From Mobula hypostoma (lineage: Eukaryota), in assembly GCF_963921235.1 (NCBI RefSeq), contig NC_086097.1, positions 20,958,001 through 21,022,000 of the forward strand: a DNA stretch of 64,000 nucleotides, written 5' to 3'. The notes under the pieces were generated by a model. The model searched no databases. It saw only the letters and a program-made list of their open reading frames with translations, and was not told where the DNA came from. Position numbers and translations under genes: made by a program. Below, piece by piece: positions 26,648 through 40,344 of this stretch. Numbering within the stretch: position 1 is the stretch's first letter; each line of letters starts with the position of its first letter.

Positions 26648-28698
26648 ACTACTGCAACACCAGGAGTGAGGACCGAGAAAGTATGGACAGGGGAAGCACA
26701 GGAGCACCTAAAGGATTGCTTTGAATCAGTGGAGTGGACTGTATTCAGAGATTCATCTTCGAACCTGGATGAATATGCTGCAGTTGTTATCCACTTCATT
26801 AAAACTTGTGTGGATGAAGCAGGAGGTACGTTGTCTGCTGAAGGCTAGATCTGTGGCATTCAAGTCTGGCAACCCAGGCCTGTACCAGAAAACCAGGTAT
26901 GATTTGCAGAGGGCTATTTCAAGGGCGAAGAGACAATTTCGAATGAGGTTGGAGATGACATCAATTGTTCGGCAACTCTGACAGAGTTTGCAAGACATTA
27001 CTTCCTACAAAATGAAACCCAATAGCATGAATAGCAGTGATGCTTCACTACCAGATGAATTCAATGCCTTCTATGCCCACTTTGAAAGGAAGATCACAAC
27101 TACAGCTGTGAAGATCCCTGCTGCACCTGATGACCCTATGATCTGTCTCAGAGGCCGATGTTAGGCTGTCTTTAAAGAGAGTGAACCTTCGCAAGGTGGA
27201 AGGTCCCGAAAAACCTGGTAAGACTCTGAAAACCTATGCTAACCAACTGGTGGGAGTATTCAAGGACATTTTCAACCTCTCACTGCTGAGGGCGGAAGTT
27301 CCCACTTGCTTCAAAAAGGCAACAATTATACCAGTGCCCAAGAAGAATAATGTGAGCTGCCTTAATGACTATTACCTGGTAGCACTCTCATTGACAGTGA
27401 TGAAATGCTTTGAGAGGTTGGTCATGACTAGACTGAACTCCTGCCTCAGCAAGGGCCTGGACACATTGGGATTTGCCTATCGCCACAATAGGTCAACAGC
27501 AGACGCAATCCCAATGGCTCTTTACACTGCTTTAGACCACCTGGATAACACAAACACCCATGTTAAGATGCTGTTCATTGACTATAGCAGAGCATTTAAT
27601 ACCATCATTCCCACAATCCTGATTGAGAAGTTACAGAACCTGAGCCCCTGTACCTCCCTCTGCAATTGGATCCTCGATTTCCTAACCAGAAGACCACAAT
27701 CTGTGTGGATTGGAGATAACATATCCTCCTCACTGACTATCAACACTGGCACACCTCAGGAGTGTGCTTTTCCCACTGTTCTAGTCTCTATATACACATG
27801 ACTATGTGGCTAGGCACAGCTCAAATGCCACCTATAAATTTGATGATACAACTATTGTTGGTAGAATCTCAGATGGTGATGAGAGGGCGTACAGGAGTGA
27901 GATATGCCAACTAGCGGAATGGTGCAGCAGCAAAAACCTGGCACTCAACGTCAGTAACACGAAAGAGCTGATAGTGAACTTCAGGAAGGGCAAGATGAAG
28001 GAACTCATACTAATCCTCAGAGGATCAGAAGTGGAGAGGGTGAGCAGTTTCAAGTTCCTGCAAAGATCTGAGAATCTAATCTGGTCTCAACATATCGATG
28101 TAGTTATAAAGAAGGCAAGACAGTGGCTATACTTCATTGGGAGTTTGAAGAGATTTGGCTTGTCAACAAATACACTCAAAAACTTCTATAGATGTACTGT
28201 GGAGAGCATTCAGACAGGCTGCATCACTGTCTGATACTGCACAGGTCCGAAAGAAGCTGCAGAGGGTTCAAAATCTAGTCAGCTCCATCTTGGGTACCAG
28301 CCTACAAAGTACCCAGGACATCTTCAGGGAGCGGTGTCTCAGAAAGGCAGTGTCCATTATTAAGGACCTCCAGCACCCAGGGCATGCTCTTTTCTCAATG
28401 TTACCATCAGCAGGAGGTACAGAACCCTGAAGGCACACACTCAGTGATTCAAGAACAGCTTCTTCCCTTCTGCCATCCGATTCCTAAATGGACATTGAAC
28501 CCTTGGACACTACCTCATTTTTTTAATATAGAGTATTTGTTTTTTTGCACAATTAAAAAAAATCTATTCAATATAGATATACTACAATTGATTTACTTAT
28601 TTATTTTTTCCTCTTCTATATTATGTATTGCATTGAACTGCTACTGTCAAGTTAACAAATTTCACTTCACATGCTGGTGATAATAAACCTGATTCTGA
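26648..28698 (+). mobile_element. Rex1/Babar-clade LINE, 5'-truncated and degenerate
   Basis: Peptides [73 protein letters not shown]. Tail aataaacctgattctgat. Confidence 0.92.
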
Positions 28699-28929
28699 TG
28701 AGTGAAACCAGGTGTGGTGGACAGGGAAATGCAATAAGCGGCTGGAAGTTTGAATAAAATAATCCAGTCATGCAGGCTGGTATGAAAAAATCATACAAAA
28801 TTGCTAAGAAAGCCTTTGATAGAGCGAAGCCGTATCCGCATCTTTTCAATCTGTCAATGCTTCATGCTCCCGGAAACATCTGAAAACTCAAAGCATTAAA
28901 AATCTTAAGCTTAAAAACTCCAACTACAG

Positions 28930-29722
28930 TTAAGATGGCACTAAATGGCCACTCCTTTGCTTGCATTTTTGGTAACAGCTCTATTTCCATCTTTAATATC
29001 CCTATTTTCCCCTTTCAGGTTCTTTTGAAGAACCTGACCTGGAGTTGCATGCTGACTACGGTTCTTTGCTGGAATGGGACCCGCTCTCAGGGTTTCACAA
29101 CTGGCCATTGTTCAGCTCGCCTTTGGAGGCCTAGGATCTCAGGGCTCTGGAGACAGGCGGATCAAAGGTCAGTGTCACGGCAGGAGACCCATGTGTTGTC
29201 GGGGGAGTCAGAATATCTATGGCTGTGTGCCCAGAGACTCGAGATCTCTAGGCACAGAGCTCGAAAAAAGCGACAGTACGGACTTTTAACATCGTAAACC
29301 AGCAAGTTGTTTGTTATGTCTCCCTGCTCGCTGTGAAATGGAGACACCTTTCTCCCTTATTAAGGAGAGAGCAAGTCTGTGGTATGCCAAATGCCAGGTG
29401 AACAATGTAGTCTTTGGGGTAACTGCAAGTCTGTGTCCTTGCTGTTGCTTTGCTCACACTTGAGTGCTCAGTGGCGGATGCGGATGTTTTTTCTGCCAGT
29501 GGTGGTGGGGGGGGGGGGGAAGAGAGAGAGAGGAGAGATCATTGCTTGCTGCTGCTTACGCTTGGGAGGGAGAGGAACTGGGGGGACTTCGGGGTTCTAA
29601 CAGTTAACTGTTTTTCATCTTTGGGGCACTCCTCTGTTTTTGTGGATGGTTGCAAATTAAAAGCATTTCAGAAATATAATGTATATATTTCTGACATTAA
29701 ATGTACCTTTGAAACCTTTGAA
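28930..29722 (+). mobile_element. Probable non-autonomous LINE-derived element (5' UTR-like head joined to a 3' tail)
   Basis: Starts with aagatggc (YY1-type motif) and is more CpG-rich than its flanks. Ends with attaaa and a tandem acctttgaa tail. No recognisable protein. Confidence 0.5.
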
Positions 29723-29789
29723 AAATGGAAAAATTATGACAATTGAAAAGTAACTTTCATTATTCTTCCTACTTTTCCTTCAAGATCTC

Positions 29790-31380
29790 TTGAAATGAAT
29801 GCTAACACTGCATTTGTCTTCCTCACCACTGACTCAAACTTGCAAGTTAACCTTTAGGGTGTTCTGCACAAAGACTCCTAAGTCCTTTTGCATTTCAGAT
29901 TTTTGGATTTTCTCCCCACTTAGAAAATAGGCTGCACATTTATTTCTACTACCAAAGTGCATGACCACACATTTGCAAACATTGTATTTCCTTTGTCACT
30001 TTCTTGCCCATTCTCCTAATCTGTCGAAGTCCTTCTGCAGACTACCTGTTTCCTTAACACTACCTGCCCCTCCACCAACCTTCGTATCATCTGCAAACTT
30101 CCAAGCCATCTATTCATAAGAACATAATAGGAGCAGAAGCAAGCCATCTGACCCGTTGAGCCTGCTCCATCATTCAATAACATTATGACTGATCTGGTCA
30201 TGGACCCCACTTACCTGCCTTTTCTCCGTAACCTTCAATTCCCCTACTATGCATAAATCTATCCAACCTTGCTTTGAATATATTTACTGAGGTAGCCTCC
30301 ACTGCTTCATTGGGCAGAGAGTTCCAGATTCACCACTCAGGGAAAAGCAGTTCCTCCTCATCTCCATCCTAAATCTACTCCCCCAAATCTTGAGGCCATG
30401 CTCCCTAGTTCTAGTCTCACCTACCAGTGGAAACAATTCTTCTGCCTCTATCTTACCTATCCCTTCCATAATTTTATGTTTCTATAAGATCTCCTCTCAT
30501 TCTTCTGAATTCCAGCAAGTACAGTCCCAGGTGATTCAATCTCTCCTCATAGTATAACCTATTCCAACACCTAAACCATTGAAATACAGCATAAAAAGAA
30601 GTGGTCCCAACAAACTCCTTCGGACACCACTAGTCAGTGGCAGCCAACCAGACAAGGATGCTTTTATCGCCAATGCTGCCTCCTACCTATCAGCCAATGC
30701 TCTAAACATGTTAGTAACTTTTCTGTAATACCATGGTCTCTTAACTTGGTAATGTGCATGTTAGAATATCCCATGACTATCATAACATTGTCCTTTTGAC
30801 ATTCTTTTTCCATTTCCCATTGTAATCTGTGGTCCACAACCCAGCTACTGCTGGGAGGCCTGTATATAACTGTCATCAGGGTCCTTTTACCCTCGCAGTT
30901 TCTTAACTCAACTCACAAGGATTCAATATCTTCTGATCTTATGTCACATTTTTAAAAAATTGATTTGATGCTTTTTTTTTTAAACCAGTAGAGCTAAGCT
31001 ACCCCCTCTGCCTACCTTCCTATCCCTCCAATATAAAGTATGATCGTGAACATCCATCTCCCAACTACAACCATTCTTCAGGCATAGGCACATCATACCT
31101 GACAATCTGGAATAGTGCAACAAGATCATCCACCTTATTTCTTATACCCTGTGCATTGAGATTATAACAGTGCTGTATTTGCTACCCTTTTTGATTTTAC
31201 ATTCCGAATGCACGGTTAGTCCTAGGCCATATCAACGGATTATAGTGACTGACCCTGCTGACTGCAATTTTGTCCTATCATCTGACTGCTCTTCCTGACA
31301 GTCTGACCACATGCTGTCTTTGCTCTTTTACCATCCGTCCTACCCCGAGTCCCTTCATTCCGGTTCCCACCCCCCTACCA
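29790..31380 (-). mobile_element. Fragmented CR1 LINE(s): an internally deleted copy plus a nested CR1 3' fragment (~30115-30560)
   Basis: Peptide scraps VIYRPPSS, LEHWLIGRRQ, ELFPLVGETRTREHGLKI. cataagaacata tail. Confidence 0.8.
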
Positions 31381-32073
31381 AATATAAATCTGGGAGAAGT
31401 CTGTAGATTCAAGACGGACTTCGAAGTTAACTATGTAGTACAGCATTTAATACTGCATTGCCAGAGATGCCTCCTTGTTAGCCCCTAACTTCTGGATATA
31501 AAAGTTAGTTGTGATCTTTTTTTTAAATATATATGCTAACTTTCATTTTGGTGCATGACCATTGCTTCATCTCTGAATCATGAGGACATATAGATGAACC
31601 ACTTTATCAAAAGCCCAGTGACTGTAAACCTTATAATTTCTCAAAGATATAGAGTAACTAGGAACCTTGAGAAACTGTTCACTCATTTTTTTTTTTAAAC
31701 TGAAGTTGGTAATCTTTCATGAGCCAGTAGAAGAGTTAGAAGTTTATTGATCGTCTAGAAGTGCATGGCCTTAGTCCATGATAAAAAGCCGTTTCTTTGC
31801 TTCTTTCAAAATGTACAGTTATAAAACTAAATTTAAGCAGAGTATTCCCCATAAACCATTGCCACCAATAAGAAATATGAATCTTAAGTCTCTGTACAAA
31901 GTTTCAGTTTGATAGACATGTGAACAAAATTCTTGAATCACCTGATGAAACTGAACCCCACTTCAGCATTAGTATGGCCTGGAACTAACAGTTCTGCAAT
32001 ACAAAGAGTTATCTTCCACATCATCTTAAAACTACAGTGAAACAATGGGAAGCATTGAAAATCCTGTACTCAC

Positions 32074-32268
32074 CTTTTGCTCTTCACGTTCAGTTGCATG
32101 ATGACACTTTTCAATCTTCCACGCCCGTAGAAAATCCCTGAGGTAGCCAAACAATGTAAGAATTCCGTATCCCATGTAGGTCAACACAGCAACAAGCATG
32201 GGAGTTTCCTCAAAGGATTGATTAAATGGCTTTTTGTACATTCCACCATTCTGTGCAATATGATGAAT
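32074..32268 (-). CDS. SPTLC2: Serine palmitoyltransferase long chain base subunit 2, coding exon 2 ([65 protein letters not shown])
   Basis: Peptide closely matches recalled vertebrate SPTLC2 ([31 protein letters not shown]...[11 protein letters not shown]). Acceptor tttctgttccag, donor gtgagt. 195 nt, phase 0/0. Confidence 0.96.
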
Positions 32269-33475
32269 CTGGAACAGAAAAGTCATATGTACACCATGAA
32301 TACATTACTGTTCAGCAGTATTCAATTTTCATTGCCATCAAGGCTCAACCTCAAGAGAATCATTGAGAATTCAACATGCAGTTGTTAAAACCAGCTGTCA
32401 TTACTTGAACCTACAGAGGTTACAAGACCCTACAGAGAATAGGAAAGACCACCGAAAGAATCAACAGGTCTTCCTCCCATCTATTTGTGACATTTACAGA
32501 GAGCGTTGCATACGAGGGGCCTGAAGCATTGTTGAGGATCCCTACCACCCATCCCACAATCTCTTTGACCCACTACCACCAGGTGGTACAGGAGTATCAG
32601 GACTAGGACTGCCAGCCTGGGTAACAGCTTCTTCCCTCAGGATGAGAGACTAAAGAATACCCTGCCACCACTGAGGTCTTGTTACTAGGACAACACAAGC
32701 TGTTTGCTGTACTGTTTACCCTCTGCTTTGCAGTACATACATTTTGATAACTTATTTATGGTAATATCTTGGTTTAGCTGCTGTGTGATATATGCATTGT
32801 GGGTGCACCGTGGTGCGATGGAACATTGTCTTATTTGGTTGTGTACATGTACAGTCAAATGACAAACTTCAATACTACTGCAGCTGAATTTAACTTTTCC
32901 ATTATGACAATGAAATAATGAGTATCAATCAGGACAGGCAGTACTATCTGAAATTCATTTGCTAGATGAGCCAGAACATGGACAAGATTTCACAGAAAAC
33001 TTACCTACATCCATTACTAAATTTCAAAAATTAATCTTAGAAAGCAGTGCTTTGATTTAGGGTATGAATGCATTAGACTGTCTTCAGTATTTGAGTAATG
33101 CTGCTCAATTCTGACTGCTGCCAAATGATTTTAAAATTTTAGATCAGTTTTAATGACATCTGTAAGCTTACACAGTTCAGTAAGTCTTCCTGCATGCAGG
33201 TGCTTAGAATTACTCTTGATACTCAAAAGGATTTACTCAAGACATTTGTTTATGGAAAAGTTTTCAATGAAAATATTTATGCATAAATATAACCCCAGGA
33301 TTTTCTTAGTAGTGCTCCCAAAATGAAATGCCTTTGGTAAAATATTTCAATGTCACCTTTCAAAAGGATTTCAAAATAGAAAACCTATTGCATAAAATGG
33401 AAATTCACAGTTAGAAAGAAATAAGCATTTAAGAGTTTCACAGTTTAATCATCTTTTAAAGGACTAATTATGACA

Positions 33476-33785
33476 ACATTGTGGGCACGTGACCAAGTGG
33501 TTAAGGCATTTGACTAGTGACCTGAAGGTCATGAGTCTGAGCCCCAGCCGAGGCAGCGTGTTGCGTCCTTGAGCAAGGCAATTAATCACAGTGCTCTGCG
33601 ACGACAGTGGTGCCAAGATGTATCGGCCCTTGCCCTTCCCTTGGACAACATCGGTGTCGTGGAGAGGGCAGACTTGCAGCATGGGCAACTGTCGGTCTTC
33701 CATACAACCTTGCCCAGGCCTGCACCCTGGAGAGTGAAGACTTTCCAGGCGCAGATCCATGGTCTCGCAAGACTAACGGATGCCT
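33476..33785 (+). mobile_element. tRNA-derived CORE-type SINE
   Basis: A box gtgaccaagtggttaagg. CORE-like block gcgtccttgagcaaggcaattaat. ttatgaca direct repeats at 33468-33475 and 33786-33793. Confidence 0.75.
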
Positions 33786-33999
33786 TTATGACATTAGGCA
33801 GGAACTTGAGTATAAATTGGGAAAAGATGTTCATTGGGAAATGTGCAGCAGAAATACAGATCACTTTTATGGGATTCTGGATAGGTCTGTCACAGTTAAA
33901 CAGGGAAGGATGGTGGGGTGAAGGAACATGAGAAGTCAGAGGAAGGAGTAAGCAAAGTTAAAGTTCAGGAAGCAACAATCAAACAGGGTTTTTGAGTGT

Positions 34000-34545
34000 T
34001 ATAAAGTAGCCAGGAAGGACCTTAGAAGAGACTTGGAGCTAGAAGGGAACACAAGGCGGCTTTGGTGAATAGGAGTAAGGAAAGCTCCAATTCTACATAC
34101 ACAAGAGTGAAGGTAGTACTGCTCAGAGACAAGAGTGAAATATGTGCCTGGAGATGGAGGAGGAAGGGGGAAATCTTTAATGAATGTTTTTCTTCAGTAT
34201 TCACCCAGAGAGGGACCTTGGCAAGTGTGAGGTCTGTGTAGAACAGGGTAATGTGCTGGAACATGTTGAGATTAAGAAAGAGGCAGTGTTGGAGATACTG
34301 GAAAATGTTATCCTGGGAACGGATGAGAAGTGGGTGAAGAGATCGCTGGGGCATTGACTGCGATCTTTGCATCCTTCCTGGCCACAGGAGTCATACCAGA
34401 GGATTCGATTTTGACAAATGTTGCTCTGTTCATCAAAGGAAATAGGAACAGTGCTGGGAATTACAGACCAGTGAATTTTATGTCAGAGTTAAGCAAATTA
34501 ATGGAGAGAATCTACAAGCGTTTGAAGCATAGTCTTAATAGAAAT
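34000..34545 (+). mobile_element. Degenerate CR1 ORF2 fragment, followed by a Rex1 fragment to ~34790
   Basis: EIAGALTAIFASFLATGVIPED...GNYRPV; then SLPDEFN typical of Rex1. Confidence 0.7.
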
Positions 34546-37307
34546 TCACAGAAAGATGAATGCTATCACCTCCTATAAAACAAAACCAAGCAACATGTGA
34601 CAAGGTTTCGCTCCCAGATGAGTTCAATGACTTATGCTTGATTGGCCAACAGAACAGAAGCACTTTCACGAACTCCCACAGGCCCAGAGGATCCTGCACT
34701 CTGTCTCCAAGGCTGACGCAAGATCGTTCTTCAGGAGGGTGAACCCACAGAAAGCATCTGGCCCAGAAGGGAGGGTAAAGTGCTGACTGAAGCACAACAC
34801 CAACACACAAAGTGGGCAAATCTGTATCAGAAATCTGAATGCATTTTACACAAGACTTTTGGATGCAGTATTTCTACAAAAGTGGAATAAATGTAATTCT
34901 GCCAGTCACAACCCAATCTACTCTGATTCAAATCAATGGATCATTTTGCTTAAGTGCTATCAAGTACCCAATCACAACTGACTGTGTTCCTCATTAGTCA
35001 CATTACAATGCTGTTATGGAAAATACATGTTGCCACCGCATAGAGAAAAGGAAGCATTTTGTTCATCTAGTAGAGCTATGGATTTCATCTCCCAATAAGC
35101 AACATTTCCTCATGCAGTTATTTCAAGACAAGCAATTACAATTTGAAGACTTTAAACCCTCAATTGTCACAGTTGCCAGCAGACTACAAGGAAAATTTAA
35201 ATTGATCACCAGTAAACTTAAGTATTCTGCATATCCACTTAAGTGATCAGCTCAAATATCCATGCGCTGATGTGTGGAATGAATCATTTTTGCCATGAGA
35301 GTGCTGACGTGACTACCGACCATGAGCTGAAAGCATACTTTGCTCATGAGAATGCAGAAAAATTTCACTGACTGTAGTTACCTTCTCTGCTCGCCGTCTT
35401 GGGAGATGACGCGTTTGCAGATTTGGGGCAAAGGAAGGTGGTCAGAAACTAAACGACAGTTCAGCAAGGTTCCAGACTGCACATGCTGCACCTGTCTACA
35501 CAATATTACATGCTCTAACAGAATGGCAAATCCTTTCCCTAAACAGCACATCTGCCCTGAAAACAAAGTGGTATTTTATCAGGCTACAAGTATTTCTTTC
35601 CAGTTATGTTCAACAATGATGCTATTGATACAAAGCAGTAACAGACTACGCAAGGTTATTAGTGTAGTTAACATTAGAAACCTAGAACCATGTTGTGGGA
35701 TGGGCTAAATGGAGAGGCAAGTCCTGTCCTTCCAGTCAAATATTTTCATATTGATCTTACCAAAACTAGACCCTCTATGCTAGATCAGGCTGCTGCTCTG
35801 GTTCAATGATATACACTAACCAAATGAACAGATTTATAGCTGGACACAACTGTTTAGTTTTCCACCTGCAATTAAAATTGCAAATTGCAATCAACATACA
35901 AAATGGAGCACACTGACACACCTTTCACTCCCACGAAACTAGGAGAGTTACTTTTTAAATAAGCACCATACATACTGAAAGAGGCATGTATTTCGTGATT
36001 CTCAACAGCTACCTGGCACATATTCACAGGGCTGGATATGTCTGTTTCATGTTAACCCCAAAAAATGCTCATTAGAACCTTGGATACATCTTGTTACTGC
36101 TTTGTTTCAATTGCCACCATTGAGTATTGTTCAATGAAACTGGAAAATATACCAAAAGCCTGATAAAAACACTTTTGTTTTCAAGGCAGATGCTCTGTTC
36201 AGAAAATTAATTTTATTACTGCAAGACCCAACAAATATTGTGCAAGCAGATGTAGCACCTGTATACTGAAACTTGACAAACTGGTTTGGTTTTTGGTAGA
36301 GAAAAAATATAGACAGTATTCTATTAAAGGAAATTTTTGATAGGTGGGATTTTAAAAATATCCCATTCAGTTATGCACTGACAGCCATCACCCTATACCC
36401 TAGCAACATTGAGGTTGTGAAATGATTATTGATAAACCTATGAGTACAAGTCTGAAACAAATCAGGCAGGAACAAAAAGACTATGAGACTGGTGCAGAAT
36501 TGGGCCATTTGGCCCATCAAGTCTGTTCCACCATACCAGTATCCCTCTCAACCTCATTCTTCCGCCTTCTCCTTGTAACCTTTGGCAGCCTAATTAATCA
36601 AGCTATCGACCTCCCACTTTAAATATACTTTAAAATGACTTGGCTGCCACAACCGTCTGTGACAGATTCACTATCCTTTGGCTAAAGAAATTTCACATCT
36701 GTTTTAAATGGATTTATTTCTATTCTGAGGATGTGCTCTCTGGTCTTGGCTAAAGGAAACATCCTCTCCACATTTACTCTATCCAGGCCTTTCAATATTC
36801 GATAGGCTTCAAAGAGAGCTCCCTCATTTTTCTAAACTCCAGGGTTCATTCTTGTAAACCACCTCTGGACTTTCCCCAATACCAGAACATCCTTTCTTAG
36901 ATAAGGGGCTAAGGCTGTTCATAATACTCCAAGTGCTGTGCGAGTCTCAGTATTATATCCTTCCAAAGATATTGCACTGAGACAATTTCTATTTTTAATA
37001 ACATTGGAGTAATATTACTCTGCTTTAAACTAAATGACAAAATTGGAAGGAACCTGATTGTTAATGGATTCAATATTTCCTCTCCCCCCCCCCACATTTG
37101 GCAATACAATATCTGGCACTGATGAAGTAATTACTGAGATTCATAAGTGCAACGCTGAAATGGAAGCATTGTACCATTATGTCACAAGCTGCAGAAGCTG
37201 CATCTTCTGATACAGAAGATGGGATAATTATTTTAAATTGTAAAGGGCCCACATATTGATTCTGTAAATTAGTAGAGTACTTTTTATTCAAACTCCAACC
37301 CCCAAAA

Positions 37308-37818
37308 TGGTGTATGGGGTGACCAGGAAGAGGCAGCATCTCTGATGAAGGGACTTATTGTGTCCATTCCACAGCAACTCACTCACTTTTGGTCCCCACA
37401 GGACACTCTGCTCTCACTTGTGGCTCCAAGTAGCTGTTTTCATGCAACAGTCACCATACCCTGATACACTTTTGACAGGCAGGCTAAGGGTAGCCGGCAG
37501 CTTCACATCCTGTTGAGGTAGGACATGCCTGCTTTGGTATGCAAAGTCAGTTCCGGCAGACTGAGCGAATGAGATCTACAGTGAGATCCACCGGCCAGGA
37601 AGGTGATACTGCCACGCTCCATGAAGAGTGAAAAGCATGACAAGGCACAAAAGACATCATGGTCATTCAGTGCAACCAAGTTCCCATTTTGTGACACTTG
37701 TTCATATGACTGGACCAGGACTCGAGGTCAAGAGTGGAACTGTCTCAGGGCAATGGCTTTTCCACTTTAAAAGCTCTCCCACACAGTTTCCTGTCATCAG
37801 ACAGGATAGACAACTACA
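37308..37818 (+). mobile_element. Older, diverged copy of the non-coding RTE-related element at 53432-53993
   Basis: Collinear motifs ggtgtatggggtg, ttggtccccac, ctctcac(c/t)tgtggctcc, tagctgttt.catg, ggctaa and gacaag.cacagaagac. Confidence 0.7.
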
Positions 37819-39376
37819 CCCCCCCTCCCCCCCAAAAACAGACGAAGTTTTGAGCTTTTGTTTTAGGTATCCACTTTCCTCGTACTAATGATGATTGAAG
37901 ATGTAAACAAAATGCATACTTCAGCACAGGAAAGAATGCAATGGCCGGGTTCAAATTGCAAGCAATTCCTCAGACGTTCCAGCAGCGAGGCAACTATGAA
38001 TTCATGATATTTAGCCTTTACAACTAGCTTATATGTACTGATCAATATCTGTGCATGATCGTAGACAATACAAGGAAGCATAACATGAACAACTCCACTC
38101 AAAACTATCCTGCAAGTTATATCAAAACTGGCAACATGAACACTAAATAAACACACTGAAACAATTCTTTGCCCTGTTTCTGGACCTCAATAGGTTAGCT
38201 GGCAACACTTCCATCTGATTTACCTGCATGTTCAAGGTAAATAAGAGGCATTGTTGGGAAGTTAAATCTTCCCTCCATTGCAATGCTGAGGGCCAGTCAC
38301 CCTATACCTCTTCTTGCTGGGTATTAAAAAGATAGGAATTCTAAGACATTGCTGTTTTTAGTAAGCACACGTTAAAACTACAGAATTACAATGATACAAT
38401 CATTTTTGGAGACTAAAAATCAATGTCAATCCCAGAAAAGAGGACTTTTTATTAATTCAAACCTCGATCTATTCCACATTTTCCCCAAAAACATTTCCAG
38501 GGAACAAACTTACTCCCAGAATCACTCCAATTCATTATCGCTGATGATTAAATTTCACCATCTCAGAAATCCACACCGATTTAAATGCACACCAGACAGC
38601 TCAAAAGAAAAAGGGTAAAGACAATGTTTTAACAGTGCAGAGAAAGCTGTGTGGATTCCTTGTCCTCTGAGAATACAACAAACTTGTTTATACTTCATGT
38701 AAATTCTTACCACCTGTGCTCTCAACGCTAGCTGTATTCCTACACCAATTAAGGTACAGGATGCGTGCTGATCACACAATTGAAAGCATAAACAGCAACA
38801 TTTCTGTACTGCTAAGGGTTCATAAATCTGCAAAATGTTAAGCTTTGCCTACAAATTTGCTTATCTAAACTCCCATCATGTACCAATAATGCTCCCCAGT
38901 CACTGTCACCCAAAAATGCAAGTTTCTGGCTGTTATTTTCATAGTTGTGGTATAACATCTTTGTATACAGCCAGTGAATGAAAGGCTCAAGTTCAAAGTA
39001 AATTATCAAAGTAGATACATGTTGCCATATATTACCAAGATTCATTTTCTTGCAGGAATTCACTTCTTTCCCACCTGTCCCACACCCCTCCAACAGCACA
39101 CACCCTGACCATACCCATTGTTTTCTCCTGACAGATTTCCAAATTCACTCTCCACTTCACGTCGACAAATACAGCACTCTAGCCAAAGTCTGAAGCACCC
39201 GAGCCATACGTGCTAAGAATTTTGTACAGTATCGTCACCACATACTACCCCAAGATTCATTTTCTCACAGGCATTCTCAGTAGATGCAAAGAAACAATAG
39301 AATTAATGAAATACTACACACAAAGCTTGACAATGTGCAAAAAACTGACAGAATATGCAAAGACAAAAAATAACAA

Positions 39377-39874
39377 CTGTAAAGATGAAGCCACACTCAG
39401 GTTGGAGGAACAACACCTTATATTCCGTCTGGGTAGCCTCCAACCTGATGGCATGAACATTGACTTCTCTAACTTCCGCTAAGGCCCCACCTCCCCCTCG
39501 TACCCCATCTGTTTCTCATTTTTATGCACACATTCTTTCTCACTCTCCTTTTTCTCCCTCTGTCCCTCTGAATATACCTCTTGCCCATCCTCTGGGTCAC
39601 CCTCCCCCTTGTCTTTCTTCCCGGACCTCCTGTCCCATGATCCTCTCGTATCCCCTTTTGCCTATCACCTGTCCAGCTCTCGGCTCTATCCCTCCCCTTC
39701 CTGTCTTCTCCTATCATTTTGGATCTCCCCCTCCCCCTCCAGCTTTCAAATCCCTTACTCACTCTTCCTTCAGTTAGTCCTGACGAAGGGTCTCGGCCTG
39801 AAACGTCGACTGCATCTCTTCCTAGAGATGCTGCTTGGCCTGCTGCGTTCACCAGCAACTTTGATGTATGTTGC
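39377..39874 (+). mobile_element. Penelope-like element 3' end (GIY-YIG C-terminus plus pseudo-LTR), young subfamily
   Basis: Peptide CKDEATLRLEEQHLIFRLGSLQPDGMNIDFSNFR* (stop 39480-39482) is typical of the PLE GIY-YIG terminus. Followed by a pyrimidine-rich UTR and a hammerhead motif. Confidence 0.88.
39775..39812 (+). ncRNA. Minimal type-I hammerhead ribozyme motif (PLE-associated)
   Basis: Stem I UAGUC/GACUG; core CUGACGA (39780-39786); stem II AGG-GUCUCGG-CCU; GAAAC then GUC, with predicted cleavage after 39807. Palindromic ACGU replaces stem III. Confidence 0.75.
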
Positions 39875-40344
39875 CATATATTATGGAATCAGTTCAGTGT
39901 TGAGGTGAGTGAAGTTATCCATGCTGGTTCCACAGGTTGTTGTAGAAGGGCAGTAACTGTTCCTGAACCTGGTGATGTGGTACCTTCATCCCAATAACAG
40001 CAGCCACAAGAGAGCATGGTCTTGATGCTGAGGATCCTTAATGATGGATTTTGCTTTCTTGTGACAGTACCCCATGTAGGTGTGTTTGATAGTGGAGAGG
40101 GCTTTTCTGTGATAGGCTGGGCCAGTACGCAGGAAAAGCCCTCTCCACCACTGAGCACATCTACGTGGACAGTAATGTGATTCTTAATCCTGCTCAAAAG
40201 ATAGTGAAACTATACTGTACTGACAAAACAATAAATTTCATGACAAGTCAGTGATAGTAAACCTGATTTTGCAAGCATGTAGAAACTGCAAGTGACACTC
40301 TTTTCTGGAGCAAAAAAACAGACTGTACCAATCATAAACAACAG

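Noticed and set aside
33481..33550. tRNA gene
   Set aside because: The B box is degenerate, no cloverleaf is evident, and it continues into a SINE body. The same applies to the other tRNA-like heads.
35305..35312. UPRE-like TGACGTGA (XBP1/ATF6) site in intron 1
   Set aside because: A single 8-mer is expected by chance in 64 kb, and another lies within a repeat near 5314. No supporting evidence.
37338..37372. CTGATGA hammerhead-like core
   Set aside because: No downstream GAAA or stem I, and the younger copy reads ctggtgg here.
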